The notes under the pieces are model-generated. The model did no database searches, was not told the DNA's origin, and saw nothing but the letters and a program-made list of their open reading frames with translations. DNA of 64,000 nucleotides from an uncultured Actinomycetota bacterium. Lineage in GTDB: Bacteria; Actinomycetota; Actinomycetes; Propionibacteriales; Nocardioidaceae. The translations under genes were made by a program, and so were the position numbers. The stretch spans positions 282-64,281 of the forward strand of contig CAVZAZ010000019.1 of the NCBI GenBank assembly GCA_963773355.1, written 5' to 3'. Of this stretch, positions 19,786-29,472 are shown piece after piece; position 1 is the stretch's first letter, and each line of letters begins with the position of its first letter.

Positions 19786-20754
19786 ATGAACGACAACGAC
19801 CGCCCGAAGTACGTCAACCGCGGCCAGGAGTTCCAGCGCGACACCACCTACGTCCCCGACCGGATCACCCGGGAAGGGCGGGTGCCCGAACACGGCCCGG
19901 TCGAGGGCGAGCTGTGGCCGGTGGAGCCGGGGCGGTATCGCCTGGTCGCGGCGCGGGCCTGCCCGTGGGCGAGCCGGGCGATCATCGTTCGGCGCCTGCT
20001 CGGGCTCGAGGACGCCATCTCGCTCGCCACGCCGGGCCCGGTCCACGACGAGGACAGCTGGACTTTCGACCTCGACCCCGACGGCCGCGATCCCGTGCTC
20101 GGCGTCGCGAAGCTGCAGGAGGCCTTCCTCGCCCGGTACCCGGACTACGACCGCGGCATCACCGTGCCGGCGATCGTCGACGTGCCGACTGGGGAGGTCG
20201 TGACCAACGACTTCCCGTGGATCACCCACGACCTCTCGTTGGAGTGGCAGGAACACCACCGTCCGGATGCTCCCGACCTGTGGCCCGCGGACCTGCGCGG
20301 GGAGATGAACGAGGTCATGGAGCGGATCTACACCGAGGTGAACAACGGCGTGTACCGGTGCGGTTTCGCCGGCTCGCAGGCGTCGTACGAGCGCGCCTAT
20401 GCCCGGCTGTGGGCAGCCATGGACTGGCTCGAGGAGCGCCTTGCGGACCGGAGGTTCCTGATGGGTGACGTCCTCACCGAGGCCGATGTCCGCCTGTTCA
20501 CGACGCTGGTGCGCTTCGACGCCGTCTACCACGGCCACTTCAAGTGCAACCGCAACAAGCTGACCGAGATGCCGGTGCTGTGGGCCTACGCCCGCGACCT
20601 GTTCCAGACGCCGGGATTCGGCGAGACGGTCGACTTCGACCAGATCCGCGAGCACTACTACGTCGTGCACCGCGACATCAATCCGTCCGGCATCGTTCCG
20701 GAGGGCCCCGACCTTTCGGGCTGGAGCGAGCCACACGGTCGCGACCGGATCTGA
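19786..20754 (+). CDS. Glutathionyl-hydroquinone reductase-like (YqjG/GST Xi class)
   Basis: ACPWASR, ITVPAIVD, VNNGVYRCGFA, FTTLVRFDAVYHGHFKCN. Confidence 0.9.
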   Translation: MNDNDRPKYVNRGQEFQRDTTYVPDRITREGRVPEHGPVEGELWPVEPGRYRLVAARACPWASRAIIVRRLLGLEDAISLATPGPVHDEDSWTFDLDPDGRDPVLGVAKLQEAFLARYPDYDRGITVPAIVDVPTGEVVTNDFPWITHDLSLEWQEHHRPDAPDLWPADLRGEMNEVMERIYTEVNNGVYRCGFAGSQASYERAYARLWAAMDWLEERLADRRFLMGDVLTEADVRLFTTLVRFDAVYHGHFKCNRNKLTEMPVLWAYARDLFQTPGFGETVDFDQIREHYYVVHRDINPSGIVPEGPDLSGWSEPHGRDRI

Positions 20755-20829
20755 CGCCCCCGCACTGACACGCACGCTCGCCCGGCCCGTGCCGTGCGCG
20801 CGCCCTAGGCTGGGGCCCGGCAGTCTCGG

Positions 20830-23085
20830 ATGACCGGGGGAGGCGGGGGTGCCCGAGTGACCGAGCGGCTCGCCCGTCGGTGGTCCGCGGCAGTGCGCCG
20901 CCTCGACCCGGAGCTGGACGCGTTCCGCAAGGCCGTCAAGACCGCGGTGGTGGTCACCGTGGCCCTGGCGATCGGAACAGTCGGTACCGACAACCCGGCG
21001 TTCACCATCTTCGCGGCTTTCGGCGCCGCGGCCATGCTGCTGTTCGCGGACTTCCCCGGCACCCGGACCGCACGGCTGGTTGCCTACCTCGGTCTGGCCC
21101 TCGCTGGGCTGGTGCTTGTCGTCCTCGGCACCGCCGCTTCTGCCGCCGGGAGGCTGGCGGTCACAGCTACTGCCGTTGTCGGTGTCGCGGTGTGGTTCTC
21201 GGGGGTCTTCAGCGCCGCTGCGGCGGGGGCAACCCGGGCCGCCATGCTGGCCTTTGTCCTGGCCGTCACCGTGCCAGGACCGGTGAGCGACGTGCCCGCG
21301 AGGGCCGCCGGGTGGGGCCTCGCTGCCTTGCTCGCCATCCCGGTCGCGGTGTGGGTCTGGCCGCCACGCGACCACGACCTGCTGAGGCAGCGGGCGTCCA
21401 GGGTGTGCGGCGTGATCGCCGAGCGGCTACGCGGTCGCGCCGACGGATCAACCGTCCGTGCCGCTTCCGCAGCACTCCGGGCGCAGGCCCACAGCACCAC
21501 CGCGCGGCCGGTCGGGTTGACCACCGGGAGCCGGCTGCTGCTGGTGCTCACCGGCCGGCTCGAGTGGCTTGCGGCGGTGACCCGACCACTCGAGCAGGAT
21601 TCGCCGCGCACGGCGCGCGACGTGCGCCGCCTGGTCGAGCGGTGCGCCGACGTGCTGGAGGCGTGCGAGGCAGTGGTGCTCGAACCACGGTCGACCGACA
21701 CGTGCGCGAGGCTGGACACCGCGCTCCAGGCGCTGCACCGGCAGCGCGTGGCGACCTCGCTCTTCCGCCACGTGCTCGAGGACGAGGGCGACGATGCCGA
21801 CCGCGACCAGCAGCGCGCCGTTGTCCACGAGATCGTCTGGACCACCCGCCTCGTGGCAGACACCGTCACGGGCGCCGCGGCAGCCGACGCGCGCTCCGTC
21901 GTCGACCGGGTCCTCGGCCGCGGCACCGAGACGGCGGCCGGCGAACTGGTGGCCGCGCAGCGCATCGCTTCCGGACAGACCACCTGGCGGTCGGTGTGGT
22001 TCCAGAACAGCCTGCGGGCGGGGCTCGGGCTGGCACTGGCGGTCGCGTTGGCCCGGGCAGCCGAGGTCCAGCACGGGTTCTGGGTGGTGCTGGGCGCGAT
22101 GTCGGTGCTCCGGACCACGGCCGTCACGACCGGCTCGACGGCCGCCCGGGCGATGGTCGGCACAGCGATCGGCTTCGCCGCTGGAGCGGCGGTCCTTACG
22201 GTCCTCGGCACCACGCCGTGGCACCTGTGGCTGGTGCTCCCGGCCTCCGTGTTCGTGGCTGCCTACCTTCCCGAGGTCGTCTCGTTCGTCGCGGGGCAGG
22301 CGGCCTTCACACTGTGGGTCGTGCTCCAGTTCAACCTGATCGCGCCGGCCGGATGGACCGTCGGACTGGTCCGCCTCGAGGACGTGGCACTCGGGTGTGC
22401 TGCCGGCCTCGTGGCCGGTGCGCTGGTGTGGCCCCGGGGCGCGTCCGCCAGGATCAAGATCGACCTCGCGGATGCCTTCGAGGCCAGCGGGGCCGCCTTC
22501 TCCGCGGCCGGTGCCTCGATCGACGCACTCGGCTCCGCGAAGGGTGCACGGACGGCGCTCGACTCCGCCCGTGCCGCCGATATGCGCCTCGACGACGCAC
22601 TCCGCCAGTACCTCAGCGAGCGCGGCAGCAAGCCACTCGACCTCCAGGAGCTCAGCACCGCCACGAACGGAGCCAACCGGCTCCGGCTCTCCGCGCAGAC
22701 CCTGGCCGACTTCGAACGCGACCTGCCGCCATTCCCGACCGGCGAGGCACGGCCGGAAGGTCCCGGGTCGTCCGGGGTGGGCCCCGCGGTGGACATCCTG
22801 ACCAGCGCTGTCACCCGCACCGCCGAGTGGTACGACGGACTTGCAGAGTGCATCCGGCATCCCGAGCGGGACCTTCCCGTCCCCGTCGCCGCGGACACCG
22901 AGTCTCGCGTGACGGCGGTCCTGCGACGAGTGCGGCTCGAGCCCGGAACCGCGGACTACGCCCTGGGCCGCCGGCTCTGGGTGGCGTCGCTCTACGTCGA
23001 CGACGCGACCAGGCTCGAGGGCCGGCTGCGCCGTCCGGTCGGCGCGCTCGTCGGGAGGTCCGGGTCGCGGGGTAGCCGGACCTAG
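20830..23085 (+). CDS. FUSC-family membrane protein
   Basis: Two hydrophobic blocks; WFQNSLRAG, HGFWVVLGAMSVLR, RLEDVALG. Confidence 0.8.
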   Translation: MTGGGGGARVTERLARRWSAAVRRLDPELDAFRKAVKTAVVVTVALAIGTVGTDNPAFTIFAAFGAAAMLLFADFPGTRTARLVAYLGLALAGLVLVVLGTAASAAGRLAVTATAVVGVAVWFSGVFSAAAAGATRAAMLAFVLAVTVPGPVSDVPARAAGWGLAALLAIPVAVWVWPPRDHDLLRQRASRVCGVIAERLRGRADGSTVRAASAALRAQAHSTTARPVGLTTGSRLLLVLTGRLEWLAAVTRPLEQDSPRTARDVRRLVERCADVLEACEAVVLEPRSTDTCARLDTALQALHRQRVATSLFRHVLEDEGDDADRDQQRAVVHEIVWTTRLVADTVTGAAAADARSVVDRVLGRGTETAAGELVAAQRIASGQTTWRSVWFQNSLRAGLGLALAVALARAAEVQHGFWVVLGAMSVLRTTAVTTGSTAARAMVGTAIGFAAGAAVLTVLGTTPWHLWLVLPASVFVAAYLPEVVSFVAGQAAFTLWVVLQFNLIAPAGWTVGLVRLEDVALGCAAGLVAGALVWPRGASARIKIDLADAFEASGAAFSAAGASIDALGSAKGARTALDSARAADMRLDDALRQYLSERGSKPLDLQELSTATNGANRLRLSAQTLADFERDLPPFPTGEARPEGPGSSGVGPAVDILTSAVTRTAEWYDGLAECIRHPERDLPVPVAADTESRVTAVLRRVRLEPGTADYALGRRLWVASLYVDDATRLEGRLRRPVGALVGRSGSRGSRT

Positions 23086-23088
23086 AGT

Positions 23089-24015
23089 GTGGGAGTGGGC
23101 GCCGGACACAGCCATGGTCACGCCGCCGGCCGCGCCGAGGATCGCGCGCGGCTGCGGCTGGTGCTGGCGATCACCGTCGTGGTCATGGTGGTCGAGCTCG
23201 TCGGTGCCTGGGTCGCCGGCTCGCTCGCGCTGCTCGCCGACGCGGGCCACATGGCCACCGACACCGCCGCGATCGTGCTCGCCCTCGGGGCGTCGTACGT
23301 CGCCACCCGACCGCCAGGCCCACGCTCGACGTTCGGCTGGCACCGGGCGGAGATCCTGGCCGCGCTCGTCAACGCCCTCGTCCTGTTGGCGGTCTGCGCC
23401 TACCTGGGCTACGCCGGCATCTCCCGGCTGGCCGATCCGGCGACCGTCCACGCCGGTCCGATGATCGGCTTCGCGGTGGCCGGCCTCGTGGCCAACGCGG
23501 TCTCCCTGACGATCCTGCACCGGTCGGAAACCGGGAGCCTCAACCTCCGCGGCGCCGCCAACGAGGTGTTCGCCGACCTGCTCGGCTCGGTGCTCGTGGT
23601 CGTCGCCGGCGTCGTCATCTGGCTCACCGACTTCCAGCGGGCCGACCCGATCGCCTCACTGGTCATCGCGATCATGATCCTGCCGCGCTCGCTGATGCTG
23701 CTTCGCGACTCGGCGGCGGTGCTGCTCGAGATCGCACCCAAGGGCCTGGACCTCGACGACGTCCGCCGGCACCTGATGGGGATGCGTGGGGTCGTCGACG
23801 TCCACGACCTGCATGCGTGGACGATCACCAGCGGCCTGCCCAGCCTGTCCGCGCACGTCACCGTGACCGACGAGGTGCTGGCCGAGCTCGGGGTCGGCGG
23901 GATCCTCGACCGGCTCTGCGAGTGCACCAGCGACCACTTCGACATCCACCACGCCACGTTCCAGGTCGAGCCGGTCACCCACCAGGAGCACGAGGACCTC
24001 GGCGAAGCCCACTGA
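23089..24015 (+). CDS. Cation diffusion facilitator (CzcD/ZitB-like)
   Basis: His-rich N-terminus, SLALLADAGHMATD, TFGWHRAEILAA, VHDLHAWTI. Confidence 0.9.
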   Translation: MGVGAGHSHGHAAGRAEDRARLRLVLAITVVVMVVELVGAWVAGSLALLADAGHMATDTAAIVLALGASYVATRPPGPRSTFGWHRAEILAALVNALVLLAVCAYLGYAGISRLADPATVHAGPMIGFAVAGLVANAVSLTILHRSETGSLNLRGAANEVFADLLGSVLVVVAGVVIWLTDFQRADPIASLVIAIMILPRSLMLLRDSAAVLLEIAPKGLDLDDVRRHLMGMRGVVDVHDLHAWTITSGLPSLSAHVTVTDEVLAELGVGGILDRLCECTSDHFDIHHATFQVEPVTHQEHEDLGEAH

Positions 24016-24133
24016 CCACGCGGGACGTCATGCGCTCCGGTGGCTGTAGCGACCAGACTGGATGACGTCGTGCCGGCCGCCTCCGATTGGCGAGGGAGCG
24101 GCGCGCCCCGGTACCTTTGGTCGAGCGGTTGCG

Positions 24134-24149
24134 TGTGGCCCCGGTCACA
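24134..24149. promoter_or_regulatory. Putative CRP/GlxR-type site upstream of the pdh operon
   Basis: TGTGG-ccccgg-TCACA, a 9/10 match to TGTGA-N6-TCACA, ~110 bp before pdhA. Confidence 0.5.
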
Positions 24150-24258
24150 AGTCCGCGAGCGTGGCGGCCCGGTGCACCACCCCCGCGTCGAGCGCCACGA
24201 CGACGAACCCTCCCGGGACTGCGGTGATCCCGCGCGCCGGGCGAGCAAAGGAGTGCGT

Positions 24259-25431
24259 GTGACAAGTCCAGGATTCGGCCCCGACCTGGTGGAGGTCTTC
24301 GGACCCTCCCAGCAAGACGGCGGCCCCGAGCTCGTCCAGCTCCTGACGCCCGAGGGCCAGCGCGTCGAGCACGCGGAGTTCTCCTTCGGCGCCGGCCTGA
24401 GCAAGGACGAGGAAGCCGAGATGGTGCGCGGCTTCTACCGCGACATGGTGCTCACCCGGCGCATCGACACCGAGGCCACCGCCCTGCAACGACATGGCGA
24501 GCTCGGCATCTGGGCCCAGCTGCTCGGCCAGGAGGCCGCGCAGATCGGCGCCGGCCGGGCCCTGCGGCCGCAGGACTACGTCTTCCCGACCTACCGCGAG
24601 CACGGCGTCGCCTACTGCAAGGGCGTCGACCCGCTCAGCCTGCTGGGGCTCTTCCGGGGCGTCGACCAGGGCTCCTGGAACCCCGACGACAACAACTTCG
24701 GCCTCTACACCATCGTGATCGGCGCCCAGACCCTGCACGCGACCGGCTACGCGATGGCGATGCAGCGCGACGGCGACGTCGGCACCGGCGACCCCGAGCG
24801 TGACGCGGCGGTGATCGCCCACTTCGGCGACGGCGCCAGCAGCCAGGGTGACGTCAACGAGGCGTTCATCTTCGCCGCGTCCTACAACGCCCCGGTCGTG
24901 TTCTTCTGCCAGAACAACCAGTGGGCCATCTCCGAGCCGATCGAGCGGCAGAGCCGGATCCCGCTCTACCAGCGGGCTCTCGGCTTCGGCTTCCCGGGCG
25001 TCCGCGTCGACGGCAACGACGTCCTCGCGACGTACGCCGTCACCCAGGCCGCGCTGCAGCGGGCCCGGGACGGCCAGGGGCCGACCTTCGTCGAGGCCTA
25101 CACGTACCGGATGGGCGCGCACACGACGACCGACGACCCGACTCGCTACCGGCTCAGTGACGACGTCGAGCACTGGAAGCTGAAGGACCCGATCGCCCGC
25201 GTCGAGGTCTATCTCAAGCGCAACGGGCTTGCCGACGACGACTTCTTCGACGCCGTCCAGGTAGAGGCCAACGAGCTCGGCCACCACCTCCGCGAGGGCT
25301 GCAAGGCACTGCCGGACCCGAAGCCCCTCAGCATGTTCGACCACGTCTATGCCGAGATGACCGACGAGCTCGCCGCCCAGCGCGACGGGTTCGCCGCATA
25401 CCTCGACTCCTTCGAGGAGGCGAGCGCATGA
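24259..25431 (+). CDS. pdhA: 2-oxoacid (pyruvate/branched-chain) dehydrogenase E1 alpha
   Basis: GQEAAQIG, TPP motif FGDGASSQG...QNNQWAIS, YRMGAHTTTDDP; SD AAGGAG. Confidence 0.9.
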   Translation: MTSPGFGPDLVEVFGPSQQDGGPELVQLLTPEGQRVEHAEFSFGAGLSKDEEAEMVRGFYRDMVLTRRIDTEATALQRHGELGIWAQLLGQEAAQIGAGRALRPQDYVFPTYREHGVAYCKGVDPLSLLGLFRGVDQGSWNPDDNNFGLYTIVIGAQTLHATGYAMAMQRDGDVGTGDPERDAAVIAHFGDGASSQGDVNEAFIFAASYNAPVVFFCQNNQWAISEPIERQSRIPLYQRALGFGFPGVRVDGNDVLATYAVTQAALQRARDGQGPTFVEAYTYRMGAHTTTDDPTRYRLSDDVEHWKLKDPIARVEVYLKRNGLADDDFFDAVQVEANELGHHLREGCKALPDPKPLSMFDHVYAEMTDELAAQRDGFAAYLDSFEEASA

Positions 25432-25490
25432 ACTCACCCCACGAAATTGCTCCGCTGGCGCTCCACAATTCCGCAGGGACCCCGAAATGA
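25428..25490 (+). other. MIRU-like intercistronic element encoding the mini-ORF MNSPHEIAPLALHNSAGTPK
   Basis: ATGA overlap with the pdhA stop and ATGA overlap with the pdhB start; internal inverted repeat gaaattg...caattcc. Confidence 0.7.
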
Positions 25491-26467
25491 GCACCAAGAT
25501 CACACTCGCCAAGGGCCTCAACATGGGCCTGCGCAAGGCCATGGAGGACGACCCGAAGGTTCTCGTCATGGGCGAGGACGTCGGCAAGCTGGGCGGGGTC
25601 TTCCGGATCACCGACGGCCTGCAGAAGGACTTCGGCGAGGATCGCGTCATCGACTCACCGCTGGCCGAGAGCGGCATCGTCGGTACGGCGGTCGGCATGG
25701 CGATGCGCGGCTATCGGCCGGTCGTCGAGATCCAGTTCGACGGCTTCGTCTACCCGGCCTACGACCAGATCGTCTGCCAGGTCGCCAAGATCCACTTCCG
25801 GAGCATGGGCAAGGTCAGGATGCCGATGGTCATCCGGATCCCGTTCGGTGGCGGCATCGGGGCGGTCGAGCACCACAGCGAGTCGCCGGAGGCGCAGTTC
25901 GCGCACACGCCGGGGCTCAAGGTGGTCGCCTGCTCCAACCCGGTCGACGGCTACTGGATGATCCAGCAGGCCATCGCCTCCGACGACCCGGTGATCTTCC
26001 TCGAGCCCAAGCGGCAGTACCACGCCGACAAGGCCGACCTCGACGAGGACGCCACGCCCGACCCGCTGTTCGCCTCGCGGGTCGTCCGCCAGGGCAGCGA
26101 CGTCACCGTGCTTGCCTACGGGCCGATGGTGAAGTCCGCGATGAAGGCGGCCGAGGCAGCGGCCGGCGAGGGCAAGTCGCTCGAGGTGATCGACCTGCGC
26201 ACGCTCAGCCCGCTCGACATGGCCCCGGTCTACGACTCCGTGCGGCGCACCGGCCGCGCGGTCGTCACCCACGAGGCGCACGTCAACCTGGGCATGGGCG
26301 CCGAGGTTGCCGCCCGGATCACCGAGGAGTGCTTCTACTCGCTGGAGGCTCCGGTGCTGCGCGTCGGCGGCTTCGACACGCCCTACCCGCCGTCGCGGAT
26401 CGAGGAGGACTTCCTCCCCGACCTCGACCGGCTGCTCGATGCCGTCGACCACACCCTCAACTTCTGA
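25487..26467 (+). CDS. pdhB: 2-oxoacid dehydrogenase E1 beta
   Basis: GEDVGKLGGVFRITDGL, DSPLAESGIVG, EHHSESPE. Confidence 0.92.
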   Translation: MSTKITLAKGLNMGLRKAMEDDPKVLVMGEDVGKLGGVFRITDGLQKDFGEDRVIDSPLAESGIVGTAVGMAMRGYRPVVEIQFDGFVYPAYDQIVCQVAKIHFRSMGKVRMPMVIRIPFGGGIGAVEHHSESPEAQFAHTPGLKVVACSNPVDGYWMIQQAIASDDPVIFLEPKRQYHADKADLDEDATPDPLFASRVVRQGSDVTVLAYGPMVKSAMKAAEAAAGEGKSLEVIDLRTLSPLDMAPVYDSVRRTGRAVVTHEAHVNLGMGAEVAARITEECFYSLEAPVLRVGGFDTPYPPSRIEEDFLPDLDRLLDAVDHTLNF

Positions 26468-26494
26468 CCTGATCTCACCCGGAGGAGACAACGA

Positions 26495-27979
26495 ATGGCT
26501 GAGTACCTCCTGCCCGACGTGGGCGAGGGCCTGACCGAGGCCGAGATCGTGGCCTGGAAGGTCAAGGTCGGCGACACCATCGAGATCAACGACATCGTCG
26601 TGGAGATCGAGACCGCCAAGTCGCTGGTCGAGCTGCCGTCGCCGTACGCCGGGACGGTCACCGCGCTGCTCGTTCCCGAGGGGGAGATGGTGCCGGTCGG
26701 GACTCCGATCATCGCGATCGGCAGCGCCGACTCGGCGCCCGTTCCCGACGACGACGCGCAACCGTCGGGTGGTGCCCAGGAAACTGGCGCCGACTCGGCG
26801 GCCATGGAGATCGACCTCAGCAACCCGCGGGCCAGCGGTGGTGGCGAGGGCGAGAGCCTGGTCGGCCGCAACAAGGTGGACCGCGGGGCAGTTCGCCGCG
26901 CGCGGAAGAGCGCCGGGACCGCGGGGCTGTCCGCCGGAGTGACTGCCGCCCACGCGCAGACCCAGGGAGCGTTCGAGCAAGGGCCCTCGCCGGAGGTGGC
27001 CGAGGCCGACGAGCCGGCCGTGCCGGCGACCTCCGCCCGCACGGCGACGGAGACGTCCCCGTCCGAGGCCCGGGCCCTGGCCAAGCCGCCGGTGCGGAAG
27101 CTCGCCAAGGACCTCGGAGTCGACATCGCGACGCTGACTCCGACCGGACCCGGCGGCATCGTCACGCGCGACGACGTGGAGGCCGCAGCCGGCGGAGCCG
27201 CAGTCGGGTCGAGCGGCGTCGAGGCTCAGGCGCCCGAGCGCTCGCGCATCTCGACCAGCGGGCAGGGCGAGCGGGAGCGGCGCGAGCCGATCAAGGGCGT
27301 GCGGAAGATGATGGCCGGGGCCATGGTGAACTCCGCCTTCACCGCTCCCCACGTCACCGAGTGGATCACGCTCGACGTCACCAGCACCATGGAGTTCGTC
27401 GACCGCCTGAAGCGGCGCCGCGAGTTCAAGGACGTCAAGGTCTCGCCCCTGCTGGTGCTGAGCCGCGCGGTGATCCTCGCGATGCGGCGCACTCCGGAGA
27501 TCAACTCCTTCTGGGACGAAGCCGCCCAGGAGGTCGTCTACAAGAGCTACGTCAACCTCGGCATCGCCGCGGCCACGCCGCGCGGGCTCGTCGTACCGAA
27601 CGTCAAGGAGGCGCAGGACCACTCCCTCCTCGAGCTGGCGAGTGCGCTCAACGAGCTCACCGCCATCGCGCGCGACGGGCGGACCCAGCCGGCAGACATG
27701 AGCGGCGGGACCTTCACGATCACCAACGTCGGAGTGTTCGGCGTCGACGCCGGGACGCCGATCATCAACCCCGGTGAGTCGGCCATCTTGTGCTTCGGCG
27801 CGATCCGCAAGCAGCCCTGGGTGGTCACAACCGACGACGGGGACCAGATCGTGCCCCGCCAGATCACCACGCTGGCGCTGTCCTTCGACCACCGTCACAT
27901 CGACGGCGAGAAGGGGTCGCGATTCCTCGCCGACGTGGCCGGCATCCTGGAGGACCCGGCCAGCGCCCTGTTGTTCTGA
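26495..27979 (+). CDS. pdhC: Dihydrolipoamide acyltransferase E2
   Basis: Lipoyl motif IETAKSLVELPSP, E3-binding KPPVRKLAK, catalytic FDHRHIDG. Confidence 0.92.
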   Translation: MAEYLLPDVGEGLTEAEIVAWKVKVGDTIEINDIVVEIETAKSLVELPSPYAGTVTALLVPEGEMVPVGTPIIAIGSADSAPVPDDDAQPSGGAQETGADSAAMEIDLSNPRASGGGEGESLVGRNKVDRGAVRRARKSAGTAGLSAGVTAAHAQTQGAFEQGPSPEVAEADEPAVPATSARTATETSPSEARALAKPPVRKLAKDLGVDIATLTPTGPGGIVTRDDVEAAAGGAAVGSSGVEAQAPERSRISTSGQGERERREPIKGVRKMMAGAMVNSAFTAPHVTEWITLDVTSTMEFVDRLKRRREFKDVKVSPLLVLSRAVILAMRRTPEINSFWDEAAQEVVYKSYVNLGIAAATPRGLVVPNVKEAQDHSLLELASALNELTAIARDGRTQPADMSGGTFTITNVGVFGVDAGTPIINPGESAILCFGAIRKQPWVVTTDDGDQIVPRQITTLALSFDHRHIDGEKGSRFLADVAGILEDPASALLF

Positions 27980-28037
27980 CCCAGGTCGGGCCGACCACGC
28001 GTGGCGTGCGGTCCACGACACCTGAGAGGATGCGCTC

Positions 28038-29472
28038 ATGGAGCCCGATCTCCGCGCGCAAGAGCGGCCCGACGGCGGTGCCGAGGGTGCCGCCGCCGTG
28101 CTCCTCCAGCGTGCGCAGGACATCGCCGAAGAGCTCCAGCGCGAGGCGGCCCAGGCAGCGGAGAACGCAGCCGCGGAGGCCCGTGAGCTGAAGGAGGATG
28201 CTCGCCGACTTCACGTCGAGGCCGAGCATGTGTACGACGAGGCCGCGACCGCACGCAGCGAAGCCGAGCGTGACCGGGAGCGTCAGGCCCAGGTGCTGTC
28301 CGAGGCATCGGGTGAGGCCGGGGCGATCATCTCGGACGCCAGTGAGCAGGCCAGCCTGCTGCTTCGCTCCGCCGAGGGACAGCGCGACCGGTTGCTGGAG
28401 GACGCCCGGACCGAGGCTGCCGGGCTGCGGACCGCCGCCGACCAGGCGCGGACCGACGCGGGCGTCGAGGCTGAGGAGACCAGGCAACGAGCCGAGGCGG
28501 AGGCCACCGAGCTCCTCGAACGTGCCCGGCGTGAGGCCGCCGAGCGCGAGGCCGAGGTGGCGGAGCGGGCCGCAGCGTTGCTCGCCGAGGCCGAGGAGAA
28601 CGCGCGGGTCACGGCTCGATTCCGCAACGTCTGAGTCCGACGAGCTCCGCGAGGCGACCGAGCGGAGCTGGCCCAGCTTCGTCTCGACGTGGAGAAGGAG
28701 ACCGCGGCCGGTCTCGAGGAGTCGCCGGACGTCGTGACGCCGTGCCCGCGCCGAGGCCGAGGAGCTGCTGGGGACCGCGCCCGGGCCGAAGCCGAGGGGG
28801 AGCTGCAGCGGGCCGCCGAGCAGACGGCGTGGGCCAAGAGCACTGTCGATGCACTGCTGGCCACCGCCGGCGACGAGGCCGACGCGATCCGGCTCGCCGG
28901 ACATGGCGATGCCCGCGCACACGTGCGCGACACCCGGCGCCGGATCCAGGCCGTGGTCGCCCGCTGTCACGACCGGCTCCGGGCCGAGGTGGACGAGGCG
29001 GACCGGCGGGCCACCGAGCTCAGTGATGCCGCGGCTGCCGTGGTCGCTGCCGCCGACGAGGACGCCGCGCGACGACGCGAGCAGGCGGAGGCCGGACGCG
29101 CGCGCTTTGCTCGAGGAGGCCGAGGCCGACGCCGCCCAGATCCTCGAGCGCGCCGACCGGCGCAGTGCCGAGTCCGAGGCCGGAGCCCAGCAGCTGCGCA
29201 GGCCTCGTCGCGGACGAGGTGGTCGCCCGACGCGCACCGAGGCAGCTGACGAGCTGCGCGTCAGCCGTGAGGAGGCGGCCCAGATCCTCTCCGAAGCCCA
29301 GGCCGACGCAGACCAGCGCGCAGTCAGGCCCGCGACCTGCTGTCCGACGCCCGTGCCGAGGTCGCCGCGCTGCCGTCATCGTCGCGACGAGATCGCCGCC
29401 GAGCTCACCCAGCTGTCCGGTGTCATCGAGGCACTGGCCGTGTCCGAGTCCGATCCAGAGGAGCAACCATGA
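28038..29472 (+). CDS. Ala/Glu-rich long coiled-coil protein (Scy-like); multiple indels
   Basis: A/E/R-rich helical repeats over several frames; C-terminus RRDEIAAELTQLSGVIEALAV; ATGA-coupled to the filP-like gene. Confidence 0.6.

Noticed and set aside
25655-28123. Long antisense ORFs (also 1401-3188, 21448-23520, 43560-45791, 48501-50981, 58727-60253)
   Set aside because: Shadow ORFs expected from high-GC codon bias opposite well-supported genes; no recognisable motifs
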